A DNA stretch of 62,891 bases, counting the filler, from Sphacelaria rigidula (taxonomy: Eukaryota), in NCBI GenBank assembly GCA_964200075.2. It is 10 parts of 10 records of this genome, joined end to end, with 100 filler letters (N's around TTAATTAATTAA, not from the genome) between each part and the next. Parts side by side here need not be neighbours in the genome. Positions count along the whole stretch, not along the records: positions 12,600 to 18,798 come from CAXNAA020021560.1; positions 18,899 to 25,097 come from CAXNAA020021561.1; 8 more parts are not named here. One strand, 5' to 3'. Position 1 is the stretch's first letter; every line of letters begins with the position of its first letter. The notes below the pieces were generated by a model. That model was given only the letters and a program-made list of their open reading frames with translations. It was not told where the DNA came from and ran no database searches. The position numbers and the translations under genes are program-made. Positions 12,600 through 25,197 of the stretch are shown piece by piece.

Positions 12600-14772
12600 C
12601 CCCTTTGGTTTTGAAGGGATTTGTTTTTAATGGTTTTATGACCAGGGGCTGAAAAAACATGAGTTTCCCCCCCCCCCCCCCCCCGCCAGAAGAGCAGGCA
12701 CAGTAAATAACACTCAATCTGCTTGGCGTCCTTTTATCCACAAGAACTCGTAGCATGGACTGTCACACACTCAGCACGCGACTTGATTGCAAGGGGGAGA
12801 CCATGATTCGTACCCTGGTTCGCCACACGACTGTCGCACTCGTACCTACAGTACCTACAATCTCATCAGGGGATCCCGCTATATCCCCACCGGTCTCGCA
12901 CCTGCACCCATAAAGCACAACACATGAATACATTTATATATAATAATAATACTGTACACCTTCCGACGCTAGACTCATCAAGTCCTCCAGGGGTAATTTA
13001 TAACAGGCACTTTGCCGTGCGTTCTATCGCTCCCGCGTTTCCCAATAAAAGCAGAAGTTGCTGACCGGAGTACATGGAAGCAGGTCGCAGCAACGCGCAG
13101 CCCCCCGTCTCCTCCAACGCGGGCAAGTCCCATGAGACCACCAACAATATACCATCATCTCGATCGTACTAACAAGCAGTGCAGGGAGCAGAATCAATAC
13201 GAAACATCCGGAAATCCAGTCTCGATTCATTTTTTCAGTGCTTGACCGACATGAGCTGATCCACCGCGAATCTACCCGTGGTCACATACGTACGTGGAAA
13301 GATGTCGACCGGCACCCAATGAAATAACAGGAAGCACTCGCCGAAGGAACCTCGAGAAATTGCCAAATATGAGAAGTACCACAAAGTGTAAATCGAGTAC
13401 GCTGCAATTACAAAAGGATTTGAATGAAGGGGGGAATAGAGGATGGGAGGGAAAGGAAAGGGAAGGGAAGTAAAATGGACGAGCAAGGACACCCTGCAGG
13501 GTAACATCCATTGTAACATTGTTGGCGTCAAGGTGTTACGACCACATATGCTGCTGACGACGTAACTCTGCAATAATATCGACTCTCCGACGGAACGATT
13601 GCCTATTCTCAGTCTTGAAACGATTGCGACCGATGTCGTTCTGTCCCGATATTTTCAAGACAGTTGACAAACGTTCTTCTCCCTTGCGTTTCCCCAACAA
13701 GAGACTATTCCTTTTATACGAATATCTGGCACTGTGCAGGCCTTGTACAGTATCACGTACGGCCGAAAACACAATTGGTTCGTGGTACTGTGCAACCGTC
13801 AGTCCTTTCACTTGCGAACCGGTTCCTGATCTGCCATTCCTGATTCTTCCATTGCCTTCCATTGCAAACACATGAAAAAATTGAGCCCGGTCATGGACTT
13901 AGATTCACACCCAGACCAATAGAATACGCACACGATGAAAAACATATGTTTGCATCAAGCGCTAGCAGCCCTACCCGAAAAATTGCGATGCTTCCGGCTG
14001 GACGGAAGGTATAACGCTGGTATTTTGGTCGCTGATTTTTCCGGGTTCCCGGCTTGCCACTGTTGTCGTTTCCATATGATCAGGTACCTCCAACGCCTTA
14101 CGACAGACAGCTTCGGTATACATACCGAATACATGCACAAAACACCGTTCACTTTCATCTACACGAAGAATAGGGGCTCGTACTATACCGATCGATATGG
14201 GTCCTCCTCTACTGCACAACTTTGTACTGGGTATAGTCAAATGCACGTCCGTGGCGGGGAGAACATGCCCATCCACAAACGACGGGATCATCACTCCACT
14301 CCTGAATCTCAGAATCTTCGTACGATTATCTCTCGGGCGTTGGATGCATCCGCAACGCGCTTATCCGCATACCTTTTTTTGGCCACAGCACACGAGGAGG
14401 GTAATTACGGGAAAGCGAAACCGAAGCAAGTGAATGTAGGACCGATTGGGAAAACGTGAGAACGCTAGGACATGTACATCGCAAAAGGACATGCTCCCGA
14501 CATCCCGTGCACCATAATAAATATGCATGTTCTTCAACCATGGACCGATCAAATATCGCACAACTAAACTACCTGGCATTGACGTGCGAACGGTTAGGGT
14601 GCGTGGACATCAAGTTCCGTAACGTGCGCAGTCTCGTATACTAGCTGACGAAGTGGCTGGCTTCAAGTACATCGAACCGTAGTATCGAAAGGTTGACATA
14701 CCTGAACAAAAGCTAGCCCCCGCCTTCGATACCCCCCATCATGATCGTAACCCTAACCCTAGCCTAACCCAA

Positions 14773-14955
14773 AGCCTGGTCCAGCGAAAACCCGGCGTGC
14801 TCCGTCCCGGCATTGTAGGGATGCGAGGCCAATGGTCTTATGACTATGGCATGCATGATCATAAGTACCCCGCCCCCCTCCGTCTCGAAAGGGATGCGTG
14901 GTCAATGGTCAAATGACTAAGGCAAGCAACGCAAAAGAACGCCCCCCCCTCCCCC
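14773..14955 (-). repeat. Poly-G-headed repeat, R2-R1 tandem pair abutting a telomere-like tract
   Basis: Full R1 (14773-14870) and R2 (14878-14955) on the minus strand; (TAACCC)-like tract at 14748-14770 next to the R1 3' end. Confidence 0.9.
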
Positions 14956-17900
14956 CACGAGAAAAGCGGCTGATTTGAGGAGGTGAAACTTAAATGCAAA
15001 TTTGAAGAGCAAAAACCGAGCATACCGAGCAGTTGGCAATTCCTGCACTTGGGATCGCTTTCGCCTATGTCGCCAATACGAGGCGCTTCATGCAGTCTGG
15101 AACCATCCATCATGTGCCGTATGACAATTTTCTTCGTGACAGTTTTTTCGCTGTTCTGTACGGGGGGATACGAAAATCATGAGCCTGGTTGACACGGTAA
15201 CACGAGATGTTGTTAGAGCCGTGGGCCACCACAGTGTTGAAATATCGTTGACCCCTGCTCAACCTTGTGTCCTGTACGTGGCGAACATTCGCCGTATCCC
15301 CGTAATCCTTGCCTCTAAATTGGTCTGCAATGCATGCATGTTTCACGAGAAAACACCCGCATTTTTGTTCATGTATGGGCGTATTCACTGAAGCGTTTCG
15401 GGCCATTTCACATGTGTTACGTGAAGAGTAGTAGGGGGTAGAGCCTCTCATGCGGTTGCTTGTCACGCAAGGTGTCGCATTTTCTTTCCATACCCGTCGG
15501 GCCACGATTCCATCGCCCAACGTTCGCGGGAAGCGCGTTGAACTAGCTTTACGGCAGCAATGGTTTTATGGAAAATATGGATGGTGACCTGAACCGTGTC
15601 TGTTTTGTTTTTGTTTTTGTTTGAGAGACCACGATTCACAGCGCGAGCTAGGTATTAATCGAAAACTGTGCTCACAGGCTTCTCGTCAATGTTGGTACTA
15701 TCTACTGCCTCGGTGGCGGTGCCGATTCTAGAATTGTTCCGATATATGCGATTTTGTGTTTTCGAGCCCTTTGATGCCAAAATAGAAAATGAAGGATATC
15801 TGCGCTTGAAAGCCCGAGACAAGACCTTTTATTCAATAATACTTGTATCCCACAGTTGTGTTCCCGCCAAATATGACGGTCAAAGGAGGGGGGCAAAATA
15901 GAAATATCATTGGCAACTATATCACCACGTTCTGACGCTCCAGAGTTGCCTCTTCCACCCTCAGGTCCTCACTCTACTCTTTTTTTTCACGCACGACCAC
16001 TTGTCCGTACTGCAGGTTACCAACGCGATCCCAATAACGTAGCACCAGCAGGCGGATTACGGACATAATTTCGGGGCCTTCAACGCACATGGCGATGTAG
16101 CTTTTCGGGGTATGCAGCCCTCGCGTTCCCAGTACAGGGTGGAAAACGCGACCTCCACGATTTATGACTGTGGATGTACTGAAGACATTGCGGTCGGTTC
16201 AAATAGAATATGGTGGGTGTATTGAACGCATTTGGACAGGCGATGGTATGATGTCATACTGAGACGGTCAGCTGACACGTGATGGATATATTGTTTTGCT
16301 CATGGCATAACTTTTCAGATGGCGCATATGGTAGATTGACGTCGTAGGTGAAGCACGAGGTGTTTTTTCCCCGTAGAAATTTTCGAAGTCTCGCAAAACA
16401 TCGAAATCCATTCAACAACTTGAACTCGAGATCACTGTACACTGAGTGAAAAATGACTTGAGTTATGCTGTCAAAGGCACACATATTGTTTTCCCTAATA
16501 CGGATGCCCACAACGTACCATTTCGATGACGATTTTTTATATTGTCGCACGAGACCTCATCTCCGACGGATCCAACCCTGGTCATCATGCACAAGATATT
16601 GGTCACAAGATGGAGACATCAAAGGTAAACAAGACAGAAACACTCTCAAAACAAAACCGAACGTGAACATAAAACCCCCAACGAAATGGCCGGTCCCTGC
16701 GGCATGGCTTCAGATGACCACCAAGGGCACGTGCAAAAAATACACAAACACAAAACGAGATGGGCTGTGGAAGGAGATTTCAGATCAGCTATATCGGAAT
16801 AGAAATATTTGGGTGTGACCTCTCGTACACGAGCGCTCTAGGAGCGAGACACGAATATTACAGGTATCCATCATCGTACTGTGCCTTTCGTTTTGGTCTC
16901 ACGGGGAGGGTGAAACCGCCCCAGTCCACCGAATCTGGCACTTTTACATGTGTCATCTCCATCAAAGTGATTTGCTTAGCTTTGCCCCAACTCTGTGTGG
17001 AACGTCGTTATGTCGTTGAGTTTGGGTCCCACTAATATAATGAGTAAAACTCAGCTACAGGGTGAAGTCTGGAGTTCAAGATTGTCGGCGTGACCCACTG
17101 CTGGCTACTTCGTGTGATCACCGCTGACACTCAACGCAGCGAGTGGTGCCCAGGTGTTCACTGATTTCTGTATTTTAGCGCGTCTTCGAAGCTTTTCCCG
17201 TGCAGCTTGATGTCCAATTTTGTGACTGACTCTACAATGAAGTGAGCGAAGATTGGAGGTGAGAACGAGTCAGCTGCGTCAACAAATCCGAGACCAACAC
17301 GACTGCTTCGATGGTCTGGTTGGTTCGCCACTTCACTCTGTCAGCTTTGGAGCTTCCCGAACATGTTCCCAATCCGACAAATGGCTGAAAAAATATTCAA
17401 ATGGCGTGACTCGGTACAAAATCGGCTGTTTTCATATGATGACTGCGTATCCAAGATGAACAGACGAAAACAATTACTCGCCTAAACACATCACTCAAAG
17501 TAGGACAATGAACGGTCAAAAGGAAAAATGCGGAAGACCACAACAAACATGACGAGATTAGCGGATTTACGCCTCATCAAATACGCCCCCAAAACACGGG
17601 ATCTTTCAAATTGGGGATGGGCAAGGTCGAAAGTTGGGCCGAAAAATGCCAAAAATATTCATCGGAAATGCTGTTCAGTCATTTGTCTGACAGTCACCCG
17701 AGGTTTCGAAGGGCGTTCAGCGGAGGTACGTACGTGAGTACTGCCGAGTTTTTATTGATTCGCACTACTACTACTAAACTGCCATACTGTATGCACTTGC
17801 TGCACAGTATGTAAACATGACATACATCGTCCCGCGAATATCGCCCTGCTACCTTCACTGCGATAGACAGATGCCCCAGGCAGGCCTTTATGAACACGCC

Positions 17901-18224
17901 GCCCCTACTACCGACAGTGTCAGCTACTTACTATTGGAGGCACCGCGTTCAAATAAAGCGAAGCTGAGAGTCGTTGTAGTAACCAAGGGTAGGCGAAAAA
18001 AACCCCTGGACCCCCACTCCATTTTCCTCAGTCTGAACCGGCCAAGGTGTGGAGGGGGTGTGGTGGTGGTGGTATTGTTCACAGTACACTAAACCCTAAA
18101 TAAACAATTTACTTGACCTTAGAGTTGGGACGAGGGAGGGGGGGGGTGTACTCAAGATCATGCATGCCATAGTCATAAGACCATTGGCGAGGGAGGGGGG
18201 GTGGTTTTTCTCACTGTATAGAAA

Positions 18225-18527
18225 GCCGCGCCCCGGTGGTCTGATGGTCTGACCGTAGCCATCAGGGTGCAAAGAACGAGTGTTCGACTCCCGATGATGT
18301 GATGTTTTTTTCTTCAAAGTATGTGATTTCCACTGTGGAAAGCGTCAGAACGTGAGGGAGCAAACTTGTCGACTGAGTTTGTTCGACGGGGGTTGACGCG
18401 AGTGCTGATCCAATCCGTGGGACCAAAGTGCAAGGCCTGTACCGGGGAGAAATGGTTCATTTTTTTTCGAGGAAGGGGAGGGGTTCAAAGTGCGACGAGT
18501 ACAAGAACTAAAGATTCAAAATAATAC
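18225..18527 (+). mobile_element. tRNA-derived SINE, second copy
   Basis: A box TGGTCTGATGG (18237-47), B box TGTTCGACTCC (18281-91); body aligns with 8864-9183. Confidence 0.8.
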
Positions 18528-18619
18528 TTGAGCCCAGAGAAACAGAGATACAACACTAATTCCTGTTCAAGAACGAAAAAAAACATTTCTTGTGCCGGCC
18601 GAGGGTGTGTGTGTGTGAA

Positions 18620-18798
18620 GGGGTGTACTCATGATCATGCATGCCATAGTCATCAATCAGACCATTGGCCTCGCATCCCTACAAAGCCGGGACGGAGCCC
18701 GCCGGGTTTTCGCCGGACCAGACGGGGGGGTGTACTCATGATCATGCATGCCATAGTCATAAGACCATTGACTTTGCATCCCTACAAAGCCGGGACGG
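18620..18798 (+). repeat. Two head-to-tail R1 copies at the contig end
   Basis: GGGGTGTACTCATGATCATGCATGCCATAGTCAT...CATCCCTACAAAGCCGGGACGG occurs twice; partial copy at 18139-18188. Confidence 0.9.
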
Positions 18799-18898
18799 NN
18801 NNNNNNNNNNNNNNNNNNNNNNNNNNNNNNNNNNNNNNNNNNTTAATTAATTAANNNNNNNNNNNNNNNNNNNNNNNNNNNNNNNNNNNNNNNNNNNN
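18799..18898. other. Artificial contig spacer
   Basis: Same 100-bp linker. Confidence 0.99.
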
Positions 18899-19704
18899 AT
18901 GGTCGCCGGCGGCATCGGACACCGCTAAAGGTCTGTGTAAACATAAGGACCTTTACTTATGGCACAGAGGAAGTATGGTATCATGGTGACCCCCACGAGC
19001 GAGCGACCAGGAGGACATGGCCAATTTTTTCCTCGCGTCTTTTGCTGTGGCGCTGGTATGATGGTGATATTTTTTCTTGGCCAATGAGGGGCCTTCAAAT
19101 TGTTCTGAGGTTACAAACGCGAATTCCCGACATAATTTCTGCCCAATCTCATCATAATTCAATCCTGAGCAACCGCCATCAGCTAGGGAATCAAACACAA
19201 TTTGTTTTCTGAAAATGGTATGTACGGGATCGAGTGATATCCCAAACCGTGGTATTTTGGTGATAGAGGTTTTGGCGTCTTCGAATTCCACTGATAATAT
19301 GAACCAAAGGCCGAAAAAGCCTCGTGACGGTATCCCTTATTCCCATCACAGGGAAGTTCCGATCATCCTCAAGCTTGGCAACTTGGTAGATATGAGCACT
19401 CCAAATGGGGAAAAAATCGTTGCACAATATTTCAAAGATTATCCGCTTTGTACCGACTTATGGGGGTGTTCCAGCGGGAACACCCCCATAAGTCGGTACA
19501 TGATGCGTCAAAATAAAAAGCAATAGTTACTCGCCCCGAGGTAGTTCAAGGAACGTTTGTACGGAGTTTCGTTGCGCAACTCGAATAACTGAGCTCAAAC
19601 GGTCGATGCAAGCTCGAACGCACAGTAAAAAGTCGGTAGCGTACTACAATCAAGCAATTATTAGGGGATTACGCGTACGTTTGTACACTTCAACGCACGC
19701 GCGC

Positions 19705-20461
19705 GCGATTTCTCACGCGGGTTCGAGTTAGACCCTCAAATTTTGTACACTTGTGCTGTGGGATACGCCAAAACTCTTCATGGGTGTTTTTTCTTTCGCC
19801 ACAAACCCGGGGTACCAGGAGGCAGCATGAGTCCCGGGGTCCTCGGCACCCCAGATTTTCCTACGAGAAAGACTGTTTTAAGATACCATTCATGAAGATT
19901 TTTTGCATATCCCATAGCACACGTGTTAAACATTTCTGGGTCTCATACTAATTCCTACGGGTTTGGGGGGGAAAAAATCCTGTTGAAGACTGCCTGGTGG
20001 GCCCTTTTCCGTCGTGTTACGCCCGAAAAGAGGGCTAGGCAGAAGTTGACACCTTGGAATGACTTCCTCTACTCGTTGAGACCGTTTCAGGGCAACGTTG
20101 TGTTTCCCGCTGGCTGCAGTTTTATTTTTGGCCGAAGTTGAATTTTTTTTAACAAATGGTCGAGTGATCAAAACCTGGCCAGCATTTTGATCATTCAACT
20201 ACTCGTTATCGAAAATGCAAGATTGTCCCAAAGTAAAATTGCGGCCAGTGGGAAAGGAAAGGGTTTTAACTAGTAGAGCAAGTCATTCCAAGGCGTCAAT
20301 ACTGCCTAGCCCTCTTGTCGGGCGTAGAACGACGGAAAGGGGCCCAAAAGCCAGTTTTCACAGGATTTTTTCCAGACCCATAAGAATTGGTCTAACTCGA
20401 AGAACCCGCGTGAGAAATCGCTGAATTGGTTTAACTCGAAGAACCCGCGTGAGAAATCGCT
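19705..20461. mobile_element. Inverted-repeat-bounded non-autonomous DNA element
   Basis: GCGATTTCTCACGCGGGTTCGAGTTAGACC (19705) is inverted at 20389-20421, where it is tandemly duplicated (39 bp x2, 20384-20461); related motif bounds 56814-57100. Confidence 0.6.
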
Positions 20462-21152
20462 GGGGGGTAATTTTTGGGAGTTCAACCTGAACCAGCCTGT
20501 AGGGTATTTCGGGCTCTTCATTTCGTGCCTGTGACAGAGTGAACGTGGTGGTAGCGGCTTTTAGCACGGTTTCTTGTCCATGGCAGGTGTAGCTAATAGC
20601 CTCTATATGGCTGGACGTAGTACCGCCCGACGTGCGCTTGAGTGCGTTGCACGAGCTCTACAACGGGAACACCATTTTAATATAGAGGGAAAATAGATCA
20701 TGACCAAGCGGAGCCGCCGTCAGATTTTGGAGGCTTTGAGACCCCATTTGTGGTGAAGCTTTGAAATTAAAAGACGAGGTAGTGTACCGTCGGTATTTCC
20801 CGAGAGCTGCACTCGCGGGCTTCTCGCCGATGCCGGTAGAAACGCTCTGTATGCTCTATGTGCTCTGTATTTGTTGGAAAGCCCTTTGCGAGAGTTTTCG
20901 CTCGATATCGGAGACAACCTGAGACGTGTTGCCCCAAAGATGACCAACTAATGCCGCCGAATGTTATCTCCGTCCCTGTACTGATGCAACGCATGAACCT
21001 ATGCTTGTTCGATCTCGGTGCCCAGCTTGCGATCTTGTAGCATGGACAAAGTGACTTTCCCATCGGGACGTGCTGATGGACAAAGGACAACGTCGCTGCG
21101 TAAATACCCGTCTTGTCCAGCCTTGTCCCAGTCGAGCCTCCTCAATTCTCAC

Positions 21153-23828
21153 CCTGTTTTGACTCAGTCGTTTCTTGGTGCGCCTTTCCGCTGCAATCTC
21201 GGTTGCTACTGCTATGTTTTCTTCTCTGATCTTGCCCAGTGTCTCCGTCCTCAACCGTATCTGACACGGTCATCGAAGCAACAGTAGGAGGGTTTCGAAA
21301 ATACTTCCAAACGAATTAGTTGCCGACTGTGAATGTGTTGCCCAAGGCTGTAGCGAGATAGTCGTGTTTCTTTCCAATGTCGGCTACTCGTACATGTTGT
21401 GATTTCCCCATACTAGTTTATTTTGTTCATGTACGCGATGTAGACGACGCTGACGGGTGCTCACCTCTTTAGAGAGCCATTCGCTCTCCGCGAGACGACG
21501 ATGCAGGAGATTCTTGAGGGTATTCAACGCTTGTACAGTTTTCCCGGTCGTCATTTTCAACTAGCCAGAGAGGGCACAGATCAAGTCGGGAAAGGTGTGG
21601 TGAAGTCAGTAGAATGATGCAGTCAGTCTACGGACGTTACCACTGTACTGTGTGCCAAACGGCTGAATTTAAGTGGAGCATTACTAAACCCAGACTACAA
21701 CCTGTGGAAGTTTGACCATGGCAGCTGTGAGTTCACGCTGCTGGTCGGCCTTGGACTGCTCATCATCCCCCACCTACCTTCAGGAGCTCATCATTTCGCT
21801 CCTCTATCCGACTGACGTACTGCTTGTTCTCGATCTGCAACTGATGAAAGTCTATGTAGTGAAGAGCATCTCCCATATCATCCTTTTGTCGAAGCTGGCC
21901 CTCCACCTGCGCGATCAATATCCAGGTACAACATCAAACCACTAGTATTCAAAGTCACGACACGGTAGTGTTTGATCACGACAAGGAATTATACTGAAGG
22001 CACAAGAAAAGCGTGCTAACGTGGAACGTCCGCGCCCTTGCTACAGCGCGTAGTCCACAGCGATAGCGATAGATAGCATCAGTGCGCAAGTCGCAGTTGA
22101 CCCCGATACGCGCCCTACTGCTAAATTTCGCCACTACATACCAGAAGACAAAGTGCATCCGGGCGGGATTTTCCAAATGCACGGAGGATTCCATATATGC
22201 CAATACACCACCTTTTCCAAAGTGTTGTAACCTATCTTCTACAGGACAGTAGGGGTGTGCGTGTGAGTACTCGCGTACCTTTTGCAACTGTCCCTTGAGC
22301 GTTGCGTTCTTCAGCCGGAGCTTTTCGGTCATTGCGTCGCGTTGTCGGAGCTTGTCCTCCATGTAGCGCACAACCTTAGGTCAAGGCAGAGGTGGTTTGT
22401 ATATTCGCATCAGTGTTGTTCGTAGATCTGTGTAGAATAAGGGATTCTGCTGCTTTCTAGACGCACAATGCGAATATGTTAGTAATGACGCGATGTTGAC
22501 ACTGTAAAGCGCGGGAACTGAGGGCGATCACGGCATCTAGCATCACAAGCCGCTCACCAAGACGTACAGCATTGTGCACACGCATGCATAATCATGCATA
22601 ATCATCAACTCGACAGATTGATTGCTGCCAAATTTCCAAGGTTCGGTGGCGCAAGAGTTCGTGGAAACAGCAACAACCTCGATGCAATTCTAGGGTTCCA
22701 TGAACGAAAGCTTCACGCGCTGCAAATAGATCCATTGATTATATAACAACGGGACAAAGGGATAGCGATAGGCTAACGTTTCCACTTGCGACTTTGGTAC
22801 TGTTTTAATACACGTGAACTGGGGCTATTGTAACTTACTTCCTTGAACAAGTCGGCACCCTTTGCGTCGTTCTCGAAAAATGGCGGGCATGTCTTTCGGA
22901 AACCGCGGAAACAGAAAGCTGGGCCTACGCGCGGCCAACTAGACGGACCGCACCTTCTCCGCCATGGTGTTGCCCGTCCGCATGTTTTCCGCCCCCACAA
23001 CGATATCTCTTTTAAACTCATAGGCCTCCTTCTTGAGATCTGCGATTCGGATGTCAGTTTCCTCCAAGACAGCCTTGAGGGTATCGATCAGTTTCTCGGA
23101 GTTTTTTTTCGTGTCCTCCAACTGCCAAGTCAAAAAAGAAGTCACAATCGCAACCAACATGGGGGGAAGATTTTGTGACCGGGAAAAAGGCGGACCTCGG
23201 CAGGCAAAATAATAGAAGGCGCACAACACTGTGTCAGCGATGCGCTTATGAGCACATGTTGCTTTGACTGGCTATGCCAGTTCCAATACAAACACGGAAT
23301 GCTACGCATACGCACATTGTCCACTGTAAGAAGCAGAAAACGTGGCAAGCTTCAGCGGTGAATTACCGCACATAACAGTGCAGCGTGAACTCAGGGCTTT
23401 GGTGGGAATTCCTTCACACCCATAGACAAGGGGTGTCTCTTCCTCGCGACACCTTCTTACTCTGCTCAATCAATGCTCACATCTTTTTGCGCGATCTCTT
23501 GCTCGTGCACGCCGATTTCGACTTTCTGTTCAATAGTTAACACCGTCGGTAGTTGACGGCGGCGTTGTCGATTAGGCTTCTTCTTATCATCATCAGCGTC
23601 TGCAGCAACTTCCGATGCATGTCGCTCGTAGTATGACTTCAAGATACGGTTCTCCAGGTGCAACTCATCCACTTCCCGGTGCAAGTCATCAAGCTGTCGA
23701 GCGGCAAGTGCGGTGTGACGACACACACATGGCAGTTATTCATATCATAATACAAATATCATATTACGGCATATCGCTTGAAACCACGTCCACACCTTAC
23801 TCAAGTGATGGCGTGTATGGCTCCCCAT
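21153..23828 (-). CDS. CCDC113: Coiled-coil domain-containing protein 113 (CFAP263, DUF4201 family), ciliary; exons 23828-23796, 23693-23481, 23121-22954, 22374-22279, 21906-21778, 21560-21465, 21260-21153; terminal exon not found
   Basis: Seven GT-AG exons splice in frame: MGSHTRHHLSK|LDDLHREV..LTIEQKVEI..|..KAVLEETDIRIADLKKEAYEFKRDIV..|VVRYMEDKLRQRDAMTEKLRLKNATLK..|..QLRQKDDMGDALHYIDFHQLQIENKQY..ERNDELLK|LKMTTGKTVQALN..; the motifs match CCDC113 as I recall them. Confidence 0.92.
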
Positions 23829-25097
23829 CGTACGGTGCCCAAGAGCTGCTGCGCCCCGATGATCAAACTGGTACTACATGTCATCGGCCAGCTTAGGTGG
23901 GGTTGTGAGTGCGAATCACGACAGGTAATGTGTACTCTGGTGGTTTCCCGCGTGAAAAGCCTGAGAGCGAGGGAGTTGACAAAAAATCGATGCCAGAAGG
24001 TGAGCTGCGGCAGTGCTGATCCAACAATACTTGATAACAAATTGCAAGACAGGTACAGTACCAGGCCGAGAACAAGGTGGATTGTTGATCTCATTGATCC
24101 CGGGGACAACATCCTCCCTAGATGAAAGGGTGGTTCCTGTTGCTCCGTCACCATTTCACCATCCCGCAGATGAAGAATGAAGGATATATGTGCTGCATCG
24201 ATGGATGCCGCCGCTGCACAGCAGAATGGATATTTGTACTACACCTTGTGCCCATTGCAAAACTACCCGCTGCCTGATTATGTCCTGGATTTCCCCCGTA
24301 CGGGGCAGGAGACGGACGCTGCGGCTACAGTGTTGTACATCGCTACCACGCAGAGTATTGCATCAATACATGCTCAGTCTTATGTTCTCATGTACTAGTT
24401 ACAGTCCAGTCATCATGCTGTGCCATGCCATTATCGCAGCATTTCAAATCCTGCAGTACTGTAGAGTCGGCCACCTGCTGTAGACCAGCGTTTGTTTGAC
24501 AAAAAAATATTCGGAAAGAGTTCAGCGTACAGCACTTCGACACTTTACACACGTACATGTCAGCTCCTCCCACGAGCTCTACTTCGACGTCATCAGCCCC
24601 TCACCGCATGAGACTGTGATCAGGCTATATTTTTTCACCCCTCTCGCACCTACCCCTTATCTTGTTGGAGCAAATAAATGTGGTGACGAGAAAAACAAGG
24701 AAAAAAACAACCATACGCGAGAATACGGTCGATTTTCTCAAAAATAGTACCGGCCACACGGTAGCAAGTGGATGTTGGGATAGCCTCACGACGATCTTTG
24801 GATAAACGATATCGAGGGTGAAAAGCTACAACCTGATCATTTACCGATCGCTTGTTAATGTCACACAGTCAGGGTTATTCCCCGAAAGTACAGATTTTCG
24901 GTACTTGGTAAGGTGGCTTATACCTACAATCCTCATGAATGTAGGCCACGAAACCCCGTTTCTCCCAAAAAAGGGGCGGAGAGGGGAGGGGGGTGGGGGT
25001 CGGGGGGGGGGGGGGGGCGTCCCCATTTGTTGCCCCCCTTTGTCTTTTGACCATCAATCACCCACCCCTTTCAACCCGGGGGGGGGGGGGGGGGGGG

Positions 25098-25197
25098 NNN
25101 NNNNNNNNNNNNNNNNNNNNNNNNNNNNNNNNNNNNNNNNNTTAATTAATTAANNNNNNNNNNNNNNNNNNNNNNNNNNNNNNNNNNNNNNNNNNNN
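25098..25197. other. Artificial contig spacer
   Basis: Same 100-bp linker. Confidence 0.99.
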
